This document shows, one piece after another, positions 12,298 to 24,073 of a DNA stretch of 64,000 nucleotides (positions within the stretch are counted from its first letter, which is position 1; every line of letters starts with the position of its first letter). Source of the stretch: Dimorphilus gyrociliatus (lineage: Eukaryota; Animalia; Annelida). The stretch covers positions 1,922,968 to 1,986,967 of the forward strand of contig CAJFCJ010000009.1 in the NCBI GenBank assembly GCA_904063045.1. Direction: 5' to 3'. Made by a program: the position numbers and the translations under genes. Below the pieces are notes generated by a model. The model was not told the origin of the DNA. It searched no databases and worked only from the letters and a program-made list of their open reading frames with translations.

Positions 12298-14971
12298 ATG
12301 TCGCATCAAGAAATAGTAGAAAATCCCCTTTTATCATTGTTAATGAGGTCCGAGGACATTAATTGCGATGGCTTGGCAGAAACTTTTGAAGGGTCACTAT
12401 CGGGATTGGGAATAGAGTCTAACACACATAATTATAATATGACGTAAGTTTGACTATTGAGTAATTCCTTAATTCTAAGGATTTTCCCAGAAAGTATTCT
12501 AGGTTCAACGTTCTATTTTAGAACGTCTTCATAAGTTATAGAATTTTACAAGTTTGGCGCCAAATTAATTTTAACGAAAATAGACGTTGTTTAAATATAA
12601 AAATTAAGGATATATGTATAAATATACTTGTTACTCTTATCAAATAGAATATAAAGAATAAACAGCTTCTATAAAATAGAAAAGTATACTTGACTATATT
12701 TTCTGTCTCGTTAAAACACTATAGTACATTGAACCAATATGACATAGAATGTTTTTTCTATTAAAATTTCTAGTGAAGCACTTCAAGCACTACCTAAATG
12801 TCGGGAATCGAGTATCTGCAATACTTCTTTCTCGCCAGACTGCTGCCTTACTTCTCCGTCTATTGAATCTAACGAAATAAATTTAGAATGCGAATTAATT
12901 GCACCAACATCAGCTGCAACAAAACAAACTGAAGAAACGTTAACATATCTTAATCAAGGTCAAAACTACGAGTTGAAATTATTTAGAGGCGATAATAGGT
13001 AAAAAAAAGTTTATAATAAACAAGAGAAGAAAGATTTGTCTAGTATAGATAGTTGTAAAATACACTATGTATTGATATTAAAATTTATCTCTTTTATTAG
13101 TATTCTGGATGAATGTTAATAAAAAAATAAATTATGCCTATTGGAATTTGAACTAATTTGATTATACTTCAGATTAAAATGGGGATATAAATTATTATAT
13201 ATAAACATATTATAAACTAAAAAGAAAACTCCTATTGCATCATTTTTAAAACTTTAATGTCTATTTATAACTTGAAATATAGCTTTTTATTATTTTCTTT
13301 TTTGTTTTATAGCTTAAATGATATGAAGAGTATTATAAGAATTATTTTCCACGAGAGAAAGATGCAATTTACAGAGAAAGAACTTCTTGATAGATGGAGG
13401 AACGAACATCCTGGTAAAAGATTTATTGATGTCGACCTACCACTTTGCTTAGGTCTTACAGATCTTAGCATTGATCCTGATGTTTTAAATACCGCGACTG
13501 TATTCTGGTATGAGAGTTGTTCTATTTCACTGAAAGTGCATTGTATAAGTACTGAATTCACTTTGAGAAAACACGGCGGGGAAAAAGGTGTTCCATTTCG
13601 AATTCAAGTGGAAACCTATGATAAAAATGAAGAAAAACTGTTGCATTGTGCCTCGTGCCAAGTTTGTAACGAGAAAAATAGCGTAAAACACTTGATAATA
13701 AAGCAAATTGTTGCAGATAAAAGTCTTTAAGCCAAAAGGAGCAGATAGGAAGCATAAAACTGATAGAGAAAAAATTGAAAAAAAACAAATTGATGAGCGA
13801 AGAAAATATCGACCAGTAGCAGCTACAACAATACTAAAACACATTCCATTGGAAATGGTTCAAAGCTATCATATTATGAACAACAAGAATCAAATACCTG
13901 ACATTGACCGTAACGCTGAAATTGTATTTAATATACCAACTCCAAGTCCAACAGAAGTTGTCAAATTTCCATCAGAGTCATCAGAAATCATTAGTATTCA
14001 GTCTACAGCAGCAGAAGTTGTAGAATGGCTAAATAACAATAGGTAATTAAAGATTTATTACATCTACTGATTATAAAAGAAACTAACATAAACAACTAAC
14101 ATAAACAGATTTTCGGAGTATAGTAAGGTTTTCGAGAATTATGCAGGAAAGGATATATTGAGATTATCTAGAGGTGATCTAATTGAGATATGCGGAAATC
14201 TCGCTGATGGAATCCGTTTAAACAATGCCCTCCAATGTAAAAATATAAGACCTAGGTTAACATTATTCATAAGGCAAGAGAATACTGTCGATAAAAGGAA
14301 TTGTGACAAGGATGATAGTCGTCTTTTAACCAGAGTTAGATCAGAAGGATCACTGCTTTTTACCAATGATGATTCACTTATAACTTCATTGAATAATTTT
14401 CAAGAATCATTACAAGTTCGATGTCATTTTCTTATAAGTTTTTCTTTTTGATTTTCATTATTAATTCATTTCCTTTTAATTTTTGATAATTTGTGAACAT
14501 TTTTATGGTTGGATTTATTTTTTTTTCTAGCAACAGGATCCTAAACCATATAGGAAGGTTGTGAAAGGAAAACGAACTAATTGCATAGGTATTGGTCTTA
14601 AGGAGGGTCCAATAATTAATTGCGCAAATCCGAGATCAAAACGCCATAAAGATGATAGCGATATTTCGGACGATGAAGCCTATTATCTAAAGAAGCAAAA
14701 GAAGAATAGGGTATTATCAGAGGATAATACATATCATGCCCTTCATTTGAATGATCTCGATCTTTCTTCCTTAAGAGATGGTTTAGCAGAGTTTTTTGGC
14801 GAAAATAAGAATTCTTTTAAAGAAATCTATACAATTGAAGAAGAAGGAATATTCGTTTGTGTTTGCGATGAAGTTATTCGAAGTATAAAAGATAGATCTA
14901 AATTCTCAGTAGAGTTCAGTCAAGATGAAGAAAAAGGTGACTTAAAGGTTTTTATGCGTTATATAACATAA
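12298..14971 (+). CDS. TFCP2: CP2/LBP1-family transcription factor (TFCP2/UBP1/gemini)
   Basis: N-terminal [76 protein letters not shown]; SAM domain LSRGDLIEICG..DGIRLNNAL; C-terminal YHALHL and GIFVCVCDEV. Confidence 0.93.
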
Positions 14972-15533
14972 ATTATTTAATTTGAATCATTTTCTTCTCC
15001 AATCTTTCATTTATTTTCTCTATTTTTTCTTACAAAAAACAAAGAAAACTCGTTTGTGTTTGTTGAATATTTATCCTAAGTAATAGTTTGTTAGGTGGAA
15101 ACATTAGGTTCCCAGATTTATAACCAATTGAAATGTTAAAAAGAAAACTCTTGACATACTTATAATAAACCATTTAATTTTTATTTAAGCTGTATCAAGG
15201 AACTCAGCCTTTTAACTATTTTCTTATAAATAATCTTTTTAATTGAAAAAAAAATCAGTGTGGAAGATGAATACGCCTATAAAAATAAACGCAATAACAT
15301 TTTTAATATTATACGATAGAGAGAAAAACAAAAAATAAATTCTACAAATGCGATTTAGACGTACAGGGAAATTTATTTATTATAGATAAATATATATATG
15401 AATATACTAGCATACTAATACAGGTTTATATACTGTATATCCATATATAGATCACCTATTTATATACAATTCTTTCTTTCTGCTCTTTCGATAACAAATG
15501 ATTTCTTTAAATGCATCAGTAGAAACTATTTGA

Positions 15534-15536
<3 letters not shown>

Positions 15537-15564
<28 letters not shown>
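15537..15564. repeat. (TA)n microsatellite
   Basis: Uninterrupted TA run between the convergent TFCP2 and EHBP1 3' ends. Confidence 0.9.
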
Positions 15565-15671
15565 CTACTATATGTATTGATATATATATACATACAGTAT
15601 ATATATTAATATATATATATATATATGTGGTACATTTGTGAATATACTGTTTTTAGTCTTGTATTTATTAA

Positions 15672-18600
15672 TTACATAACTTTGCACTTGTCTTGTTGCT
15701 CGTCCTTCTGCATTCGATCATTTAACTCTCTTCCAATGCTTTCATCGTCAGCAGTCTCTTGTTCGTGATTGTCCATACGCTTCGATAAAGCTTCTCGCTC
15801 GTCTACAATATTAACGAGCTCATCTAATAAGTTTTGTTCCCGATTTCTTTGTTCCTCATTCTTTTGCCAATCTATAATTTAACGATTGAGTAAATTTAGA
15901 CAAATACACACAGCATATATAAACTATTTAGAACTATGTTTACCTGGAAAAGAATTTAAATTTCTTAGTTTCGTATTGATACTGTTTTGTCTTTCAGTCA
16001 ACTCTTTAGCTTTTTCCCTATAAAAATATCCAATTTTCATAAAACTAGAAGTGAGATTAAAAAATTTTATCGATTAACTTACTGTAAATCGAGAAATTCA
16101 ATTCGTCGATGGAGTGCGTTCTTAGCATTGACGAATTGAACTTGTGCACTTCTTAAATCACTATCATCTTCACCTTCTTTTTGAGCTTCTCTAATTTTCT
16201 CTAAGATTTCCTCTAATTTTTTATCCATTCTAACTTGCTCTTGTTCCAACTGCCGTCTCTCATCCTCCAAACTCATTTCTTGAGATGGGCTTTTTAGCTC
16301 GACTGACGGTTTTTTATACTATAGTAAAGATTATTGAATTATTGATAATAAGTAGTTTAAATACTTTAATTTCGAAGCAAACCTGTTCAATTAGTTCTCT
16401 TGCTTTTGTCTGCAATTCTTGTTGTCTTTCGAAAGACATATATGATTTCTTTTCTAATGATTTCTTAACAGTAGCAAGATAGGCTATTAAGCTTTCCGAA
16501 TCATTTATCTTTGATGGTTTACTAATATTTTCAATTTTAAATAACGCTTCTATGACTCTATTGAGAGAAACAGGTGCAGTTAAATAGGGAGCCGCATGAG
16601 GTATATAGTGTCGGGTAATGATTGTGAGAGCCCGTCCATCCCTCCAAGAGCTAAAGTTTAAATCATTAATAGTAACGCCAAATTTCTTACATATGAAGGA
16701 AGACCATGCTAATATTTCCTCTTCTTGTTCACTAAAACGAAAAAAAAAGATATAATAAAACACGTTGACAAGGAGAAATAATTAAGTCATAAATTATTAT
16801 ACTATATTTATACAATATATATATTTAGAGTATATAATCTATATTAAAAACTCCTATTTCTAATTATCCTCTCTCCATAAGTATCTGGTATGGCCAGCGA
16901 ATTGTTACTATTCCTTTTTTAGCTTTATTTTGTCTGTTAGTGTGTCTGTACCTCTCTATCTCTCGTTCGTTTCAAGAATCTTATCTAGATTCTATCAGTT
17001 TTTTCTCCATATCAGACAATCAGAAAAAACTTGAATGAAAGAGTCAAGGTCGATAATATTAGCAATTTCATGTTGCGAATATTATCAATAAAAAAATCGA
17101 CATTGAATTGTGAATAATATAGGATTACGGGAGAGAAAAAATATACGAACCATCTGCTATTCTCCACAGCTGCTACCCCATTTGAGAACGAGGGAGTAGA
17201 ATTTTGAGATTCCCTAGTATAGTCTGAGTTACCATTGACAAAAGGATTGGTCTCATTTTGAATATTCGAAGAGTCATTCAGTTTATTTATATTGTCACTA
17301 ATCTTCTCTCTGATTTCACTATTAGATAATATCTTATCATCCTTTCTCACTTCTATATTCTCTTTTATTCCCTCTATCTCTTTTTCTTCTTCCTGTTCCT
17401 CCTCTTCTTCTTCTTCAATAATTTCCTCTTCTATTCTGACATCATATCTGTCTTCCGATCTAATTTCTAACGTTTGAGAAGTTATAAAATTTTTCTTGGC
17501 AGATTCTTTTTCGTATATGGAATATCCTTTGAAGATATCTTCCCCCTCTTGTTCACGTTCTGAGAAAATAGAACTGTTAGTTTTAAGTTTTTGTTCTTCG
17601 CTTAATTTCTCGGGTGAGTTATCTCTTGAGTTTCTGGTAGCGTATCTTGCACTCAAAGTATTTTCGACAGGACTAGACGGGTTTTCAAAATTATTTATAC
17701 AAAATGCGTCCACTTCCCTGGACATTTCTTCTAATTCATCATTGACAGACATGTCGTTCTTTTCTTCTTCAAAAGTATTATTCAAATTGGTTTCGGGCGA
17801 AAGAGCTAATCTCTTCCTCAATTCTTCTAAATCGATACTGTAATCGAAGGGAGTTTCCTCTCCCTTCTTTGGTAAAAATAAATTATTTGGTGGAGCTACT
17901 TTTAGTGGTGTAGGTGAAGGCACAGGCGACGGAGAATGAGACTCTTTCAGACTTTCTATATTTGAGAAAATCTCCAGAACATCCTCATTCCTTATACCAT
18001 TAGATGTGGGTAATGTCACCTCCTCTTCAACGTCTTCCATATTAGCAACGTCGTTAATTCTTGAGCAATCCGATGACGCTAGACTCCTTAGATCATCATC
18101 AGTCGCTAATGCTTCGGTTATTAGTGCCGTAGATATAGTTAATTGTATACCAGCACTGAAAAGGTTCATAGTAGTGAAAATCGATTGATATTTATGACAA
18201 TTATCAACTATTAGTACACGCTTTTTTTTTGTAACAATTACTAAGTATCTTTTTCACTAAGACTATAATCTATTAGGCATTGTAATACTTAATAATTGTT
18301 AAATTAAATTAAACTAACCTTTGACAATGTAATTTCTTAGCCTCCATTGTAATTTTTATTTTTTGTTGTACGGACTGGGTAGGATCAACGTGTTTAGAGA
18401 GATCCAAATAGGCTTGGCCCATCTCTTTATGTTTACCGTTCTTCTCTCGACCAAGAACGGTTACTTTCCATAATTTAGCATCAAATATAGTAGAATTTGC
18501 CAATCTAAAGAGAGTTACTCTAGCTTCTATATTACAAGGCGTTGTCCATTCCGCAACACCGAAATAAGGGTCGGTAACCTGAGGTTGCCAACTGGCCCAA

Positions 18601-18761
18601 GCGGTTTCGTGCTTCTGACGTCCAGATTTACACTTTACTCTTACTTCTGATGGCTGCCAATGACTAGTTGTTTTGACTTCGATTAGATCGAATGAAAGGG
18701 TTACTCTCCATTTGGATGCCCTTTTTCTCACTCTCTTCAAGTTCTGCCAAACAGAAGGCAT
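15672..18761 (-). CDS. EHBP1: EH domain-binding protein 1 (NT-C2, CH, bMERB, CaaX)
   Basis: N-terminus MPSVWQNLKRVRKRASK...WQP..V...SWQPQVTDPYFGV (NT-C2); CH domain ILAW..FICKKFGVTINDLNFSSWRDGRAL; bMERB coiled coil; last exon DWQKNEEQRNREQNLLDELVNIVDERE...DKCKVM*, ending in a CaaX box with stop at 15672-15674. Confidence 0.92.
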
Positions 18762-19208
18762 CCTTTTTCTTCTAGCCTCTATAAAGTGTAAAAGAATAAA
18801 TTAAATATTTAGAATTAAGATGCAGTCTATTAAAAGATCTAGTAAAAATTCTAGCTAAATTAACCTTCCATCTTAATTAGGTAGTAATCATAAAAATGAT
18901 ATTTTATTGTTTCTTAACTAAATTCTTTTGGCAGCCATGAAACCAATATGCATAGGAGAATGTAAAAATTCATAGACCTATTTAAGACTGGCCAATTCGA
19001 GCTGCGTAGGTTTTTTTTTTGGCCACTCTATACGCAATTTTTTACGTATAAAATTATAAACAATGATACCGGGAAAGTCCTGTTTATCGTATTACTGCAT
19101 TTAAAAACAATTATCTTTCTTTCTTTTTTATCAAAACGGGAAAAGCAACATAAAAAAAAATAAATCTAATAATTAAGTTTAACATAACATGATACTTTTG
19201 TATATATG

Positions 19209-19212
<4 letters not shown>

Positions 19213-19249
<37 letters not shown>

Positions 19250-19509
19250 TAATATATAATGTTATAGCAGTATATATGGATGACTAAGTTTGTTTCTTTA
19301 TTAATAAAACCTGGTAAAAAAAAAATACATCTGTCTTTAGTTACAAACTAAATTTTTCTTTATATATTTAATATATAATATTCTCGAATAGAAGAGACAA
19401 ACTCTATTATAATAATAATAATAATAATAATAAATTAATACTTCTAAAACAACAAACTTAAATGAATCTATAATAAAATATAATTAAGTAGTCCTATACA
19501 CATAAACGG

Positions 19510-19545
<36 letters not shown>
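19213..19545. repeat. Microsatellite cluster: (TA)n ~19213-19248, (TAA)n ~19409-19433, (TA)n ~19514-19545
   Basis: Read directly in the AT-rich intergenic region between EHBP1 and SLC49A3. Confidence 0.9.
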
Positions 19546-19549
<4 letters not shown>

Positions 19550-21347
19550 AATATTCTATCATATAAATTACCTTGCATGTCTTGTTAATCAAGCTATAGT
19601 AAATACTTCAAAGTAATTCTAGCTATTTTTGAAGAGTAGCGACTAATAACTATAAAAGTAGACGCAATCTGTTCTATACAACGACATATAAAAGTTAGAG
19701 ATACGTCTATGTGTAACATATCAATTATGAATTATTAAATTATGCAATTAAATTAAAATATGTTAACTTTTCAATTAAATTTAACATGATCATTGCAAAC
19801 ATTGCGATTGTTTTAAGGAGATTTTAAAGATCTAAAACCTCGAAATTGATAATCATATCCGGTTCTTGTAATAATATTAATAATATGTATAATTCTATAA
19901 ATTTCAATGACTAATGGTTATTCATAATTTCTAATATATTTTTTTTTATATAGAAAATTTAAAATTCAACTCACACTATTGTAATCTGGTTATTTTTTTT
20001 ATATATATCCATACATATGAACAAGTATGAGTAAGATACCTATAATTGTAATTATTATTAAAGATAACTCTTATTAATGATTATTCTATGAGTTTGAGTT
20101 ATTAAAATAATATTTCTAGTACCTATTTTCCTCAAAGACGAAGGCGGAGTTGAGAAATGCTATTGATTTTTTTTTTTTTTATTTTTGAAACATGTTTCTC
20201 TATCTCTATCTCTATCTTTCTTCCTTTCTCTCTTTCTCTACCCGTTAATAAAAACAAATAAGAAAAAGTCTTTTGCTTCTTTCTCAAATTTTACCAAGTA
20301 TTATCGGTCAACATGAATTGTTGAACTAAAAAATTCATATGAAATGCTTAATTTTAATATGTTACTACTTCATATACGAAATTGATTGTTAAGTCTGGAA
20401 CGGTCCACGTTTCAGCATTTATAACTTTAATATTGATTACGTTAGCTCAACTAAGTTTCTAATAAGTGAGATCAAACTATCTGAATATTATAGATAAATT
20501 TTTATCAGATGTAGATCAAAGAGATTGAAGGAGAGTATTGTAGGCTTTTACCACCCACAGGAGCAAGCATTTCATATTGAAGATTCTATAATCCCCCATT
20601 TCTCGAGGCTGGTGCAAAGTACTAACGATATTATCGCGCATGTTCTTTTCACGGTACAAGATGTCCTTAATTACCCAAGTCGTTCTGGTTATTTAATATG
20701 GGTAATGTGTAACGGCCATACGTTGTTTTCTTCATATAATCCTTACAACTAAGTAAAGGGGTTGTTACCTCGAAAGTATATGACCTTAAATTAAATAACT
20801 GACTGTAATTATTGATAAGACTTATCTAAAAATGAATTACTACTGATTAAGCCGAAAATTCATCATTTACCTCACCAATTGGCAGTAATCCGAAGAAATA
20901 AAATTTAAAGAATTTAATTGAATGTCTCACATAAATAAGATGTTGGAAAGGTGAAATCTTGAAACCAAATTCTTGTGAATATTACAGCATTTCTTGCTCT
21001 ATGAATTTGCTAGCCTGTTTATATTGTTGGCGTCATTTTCGTATTCAATTGAAAATTTTCTTGATTTTTGTTAGTATTTTAAGTTTTAAGTAATGTACAT
21101 TATTATTCGCTTATTTATAAATTACTAGATACATTTAATAAAGTAATAATAATACGAACAATAATAATGATAAATATATATATAATACATATACAGTATG
21201 TCTAAATGTTGATAAAGACACCAAAAAGAGTTCTAAAAGACGCTGTCCATAAACAAACTGCTCACATGACTGATCCTTGGAATTTTACTCAAGAGTTTAA
21301 TCAAAGTAATTTGAAATCAGAACATTAATATAAATCTATCAAGGAAG

Positions 21348-23344
21348 ATGATTGAAGAAGAAGATTCGGAAAGGACAGCTTTATTGACAGACCGAAACTA
21401 TAGAATAGTAAATCTTAGACAGAGCGATAATGGAACCATGGGAACTTATAAAACTTACAAAAGACGATGGATCATATTATTTGTCCTTTTCTTAACCAGT
21501 TTATCTAATGCAATGGTAAATTAAATGCTTAATTGAACTTCGCTTAAAGAACGATGTTTTATACTTTAATTAGATTTGGATTTCGTATTCACCTATTGCT
21601 GATAAAGCTGCAAATTTTTATAACGTTAGTGCTAAGTCGATTAATTGGTTTGCTCTAATATACATGGTTATTTGTATTCCTTTTGGATTTTGTGCAGCCT
21701 GGCTTTTGGATACTCGGGGACTTCGCATAACAGTTTGTTATAATTCTACATTCCCGTTGAGTTTAAAAATGTATTTATCTTTGTCTAATCCTTTTTTAGT
21801 TGCTGTTGGCTGCCTATTTAAATGTACTTGGCAGTGGTCTACGTGTACTGGCATCATTCCTTCCCAAAGGAGAGTTTTCAATAGCCATAACGGGACAAGG
21901 AATAGCTGCACTTGCTCAACCTCTTGCCGTCTTTGCTCCAACCAAATTGTCAGCTCTATGGTTCTCAGAACATCAAAGAACACGAGCGAATACCGTAGCT
22001 TCTATGGGTAAGAATCCTATATAACTGCAATAGGTTTAGTGTTTAAGATTTCTTTTACCCTCAATTAGCTAATCCAGCTGGTGCATTATTAGGAAGTTTG
22101 ATAGCCCCAGTGATTGTATATAATAATGACCGACATTTGATTGGTTACTTGGTATTATTGCAGAAAAAAGGATGTCAAATTAATAATTTTATAATTTAAT
22201 TTTTAGAATATTGGTTGCCTTGGTTTAGCCGCTATACCGGCTATTCTAGGAACTTTTACAGTATGCAGTTCTATTCCACCAAGCCCTCCATCAGCTTCAG
22301 CTGCCGAACCTTCTCAAACTTTTTTCAGAGGTCTTAAAATGGTTGGTAATTTCTCAATTTTTAATTTTATTATATATCTTTTATACTTTTCTAGTTGAAA
22401 TCAAATAAACCTTTCTGGTTGTTATGTCTCTGTTTTGGTTCTGGTCTGGGAACATTTACAGCTGTTTCAGCTCTTATTGAACAAATTCTTTGCCCTTGGG
22501 GATACAATAGCGTGAGTGTTTTAATAGAGTACGACAAAAAAATTCAAAGAAACAAAAAAAAACAAAAACAAACGGCAAAAAATCTAATATACATAACAAA
22601 TTTTTAACAGCTTTTCGCTGGAATTTGTGGAGCATTATTAATAGTGTTCGGCTTAATCGGATCAGCCATCATTGGTCAGATTGTCGATCGAACTAGAAAA
22701 TTCGAAGAGATTGTAAAAATTGGATTTTCTTTCGCATCGATAGCATTTCTGGCTTTCGTCGTTGTTCATCATTATACTGATATAAAAGTTGCAGTTGGAG
22801 CTTGCATTTCACTTTTCGGATTGTTTGCGGTGTCTCTATATCCAGTTTGTAACGAATTAGCCGTTGAATGTACATTCCCTGTTGCTGAGGGTACAAGTTC
22901 TGGTTTACTTTTTATCGCTGGGTAAATAAAGTTTAAACAAGATATAGAATCTATAGTATACTGTATAGTTATTTTTTTATTTTTTCTAATTAACAGTCAA
23001 GTTATTGGAGTTGTTATGTTGCTTGTGAGTCAAGCCATGGCTTCAGCGTCTCCTGTATCAACGCCTTATCAGCAGTGCGAAGCAGTTAGTCAAAAATACG
23101 GGGTTGAACCATACGATTACACATGTAAATATTATTTATTTAAACTTTAGCTACTACCACCGCCCTTTTTACTAAAAAAAAATAATTCTTATCTAAACCA
23201 GATGCTCTGTTATTCATGGCTATCATCTTATCACTATGCACATTATCCTTGGTGAGCTTCTTTCGATGTACCTATAGAAGATTGAAAGCAGAAGAAGAGC
23301 TGGCTGCCGAGAATATTCTTCAATCAGCTGTTCATCGCAATTAG
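21348..23344 (+). CDS. SLC49A3: MFS transporter, SLC49A3 (MFSD7)/FLVCR family
   Basis: YKTYKRRWIILFVLFLTSLSNAM-IWISYSPIAD, LDTRGLR, GQGIAALAQPL..FAPTKLSALWFSEHQRTRAN, PPSPPSASA, ELAVECTFPVAEGTSSGL; stop at 23342-23344. Confidence 0.88.
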
Positions 23345-24073
23345 CTTTCGATTATCTAGATATCTGGAAATAAATAATCTAGCTACCGATTCACTTCCCA
23401 AAATTTTATATAATTCTCTTTTATACAAGAAAATTTTATTGATGTCTTTAAATATCTTTTCATGTTTTTAAAGTGAAATCTGTTTATCTGCTATTTTGCT
23501 TTTATATTTTATACATTTTAAAAGCGACGATAATAATTATACATCATTTTATAGAGCGAATACAGTTTGACATCAAATTGAATAATTATATTAGTTGCAT
23601 TTTTTCTGTCAACTAAGAAAAAGTTATTTCGAGAGTAGGATTAGGACTATATCTTATCCTAATATGACCATAATCAATTTACTAGATATAATGGATAGTC
23701 AATACTCTATATACAGTATTAGGTGAAGAGAATAAATTCTGGTTGAATGATTACAAGTATTAAAAGAATCTATAAAAAGTTTAAGAGTAGAATTTATTAA
23801 AATAAAATGTAAAAAATTTTTAATAACAACCAATTGGACGGATTTAATATAATCACTTTAAAAGAAATCTATAAAATGTAAACTTTTCCGAGTCTCTGTC
23901 GAATAAAATTTGGATAGGATAATAAAATTTTTAATACATATACATAGAAAAGTTCTGAAAGAAAGATTCTATACTCAACAACAAAAAATTCCTAGAAAAG
24001 TAATCTAATTTTCAAGTAATTAGAGTTATTCTTCATTTTGTGAGAAATTGTGCCTGTATGAGATATTGAAATA

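Noticed and set aside
17292-18188. Ser/Phe-rich plus-strand ORFs opposite EHBP1, and similar ones opposite CEP131 and the orphan gene (24585-28633)
   Set aside because: Typical antisense ORFs of Glu/Lys-rich codons.
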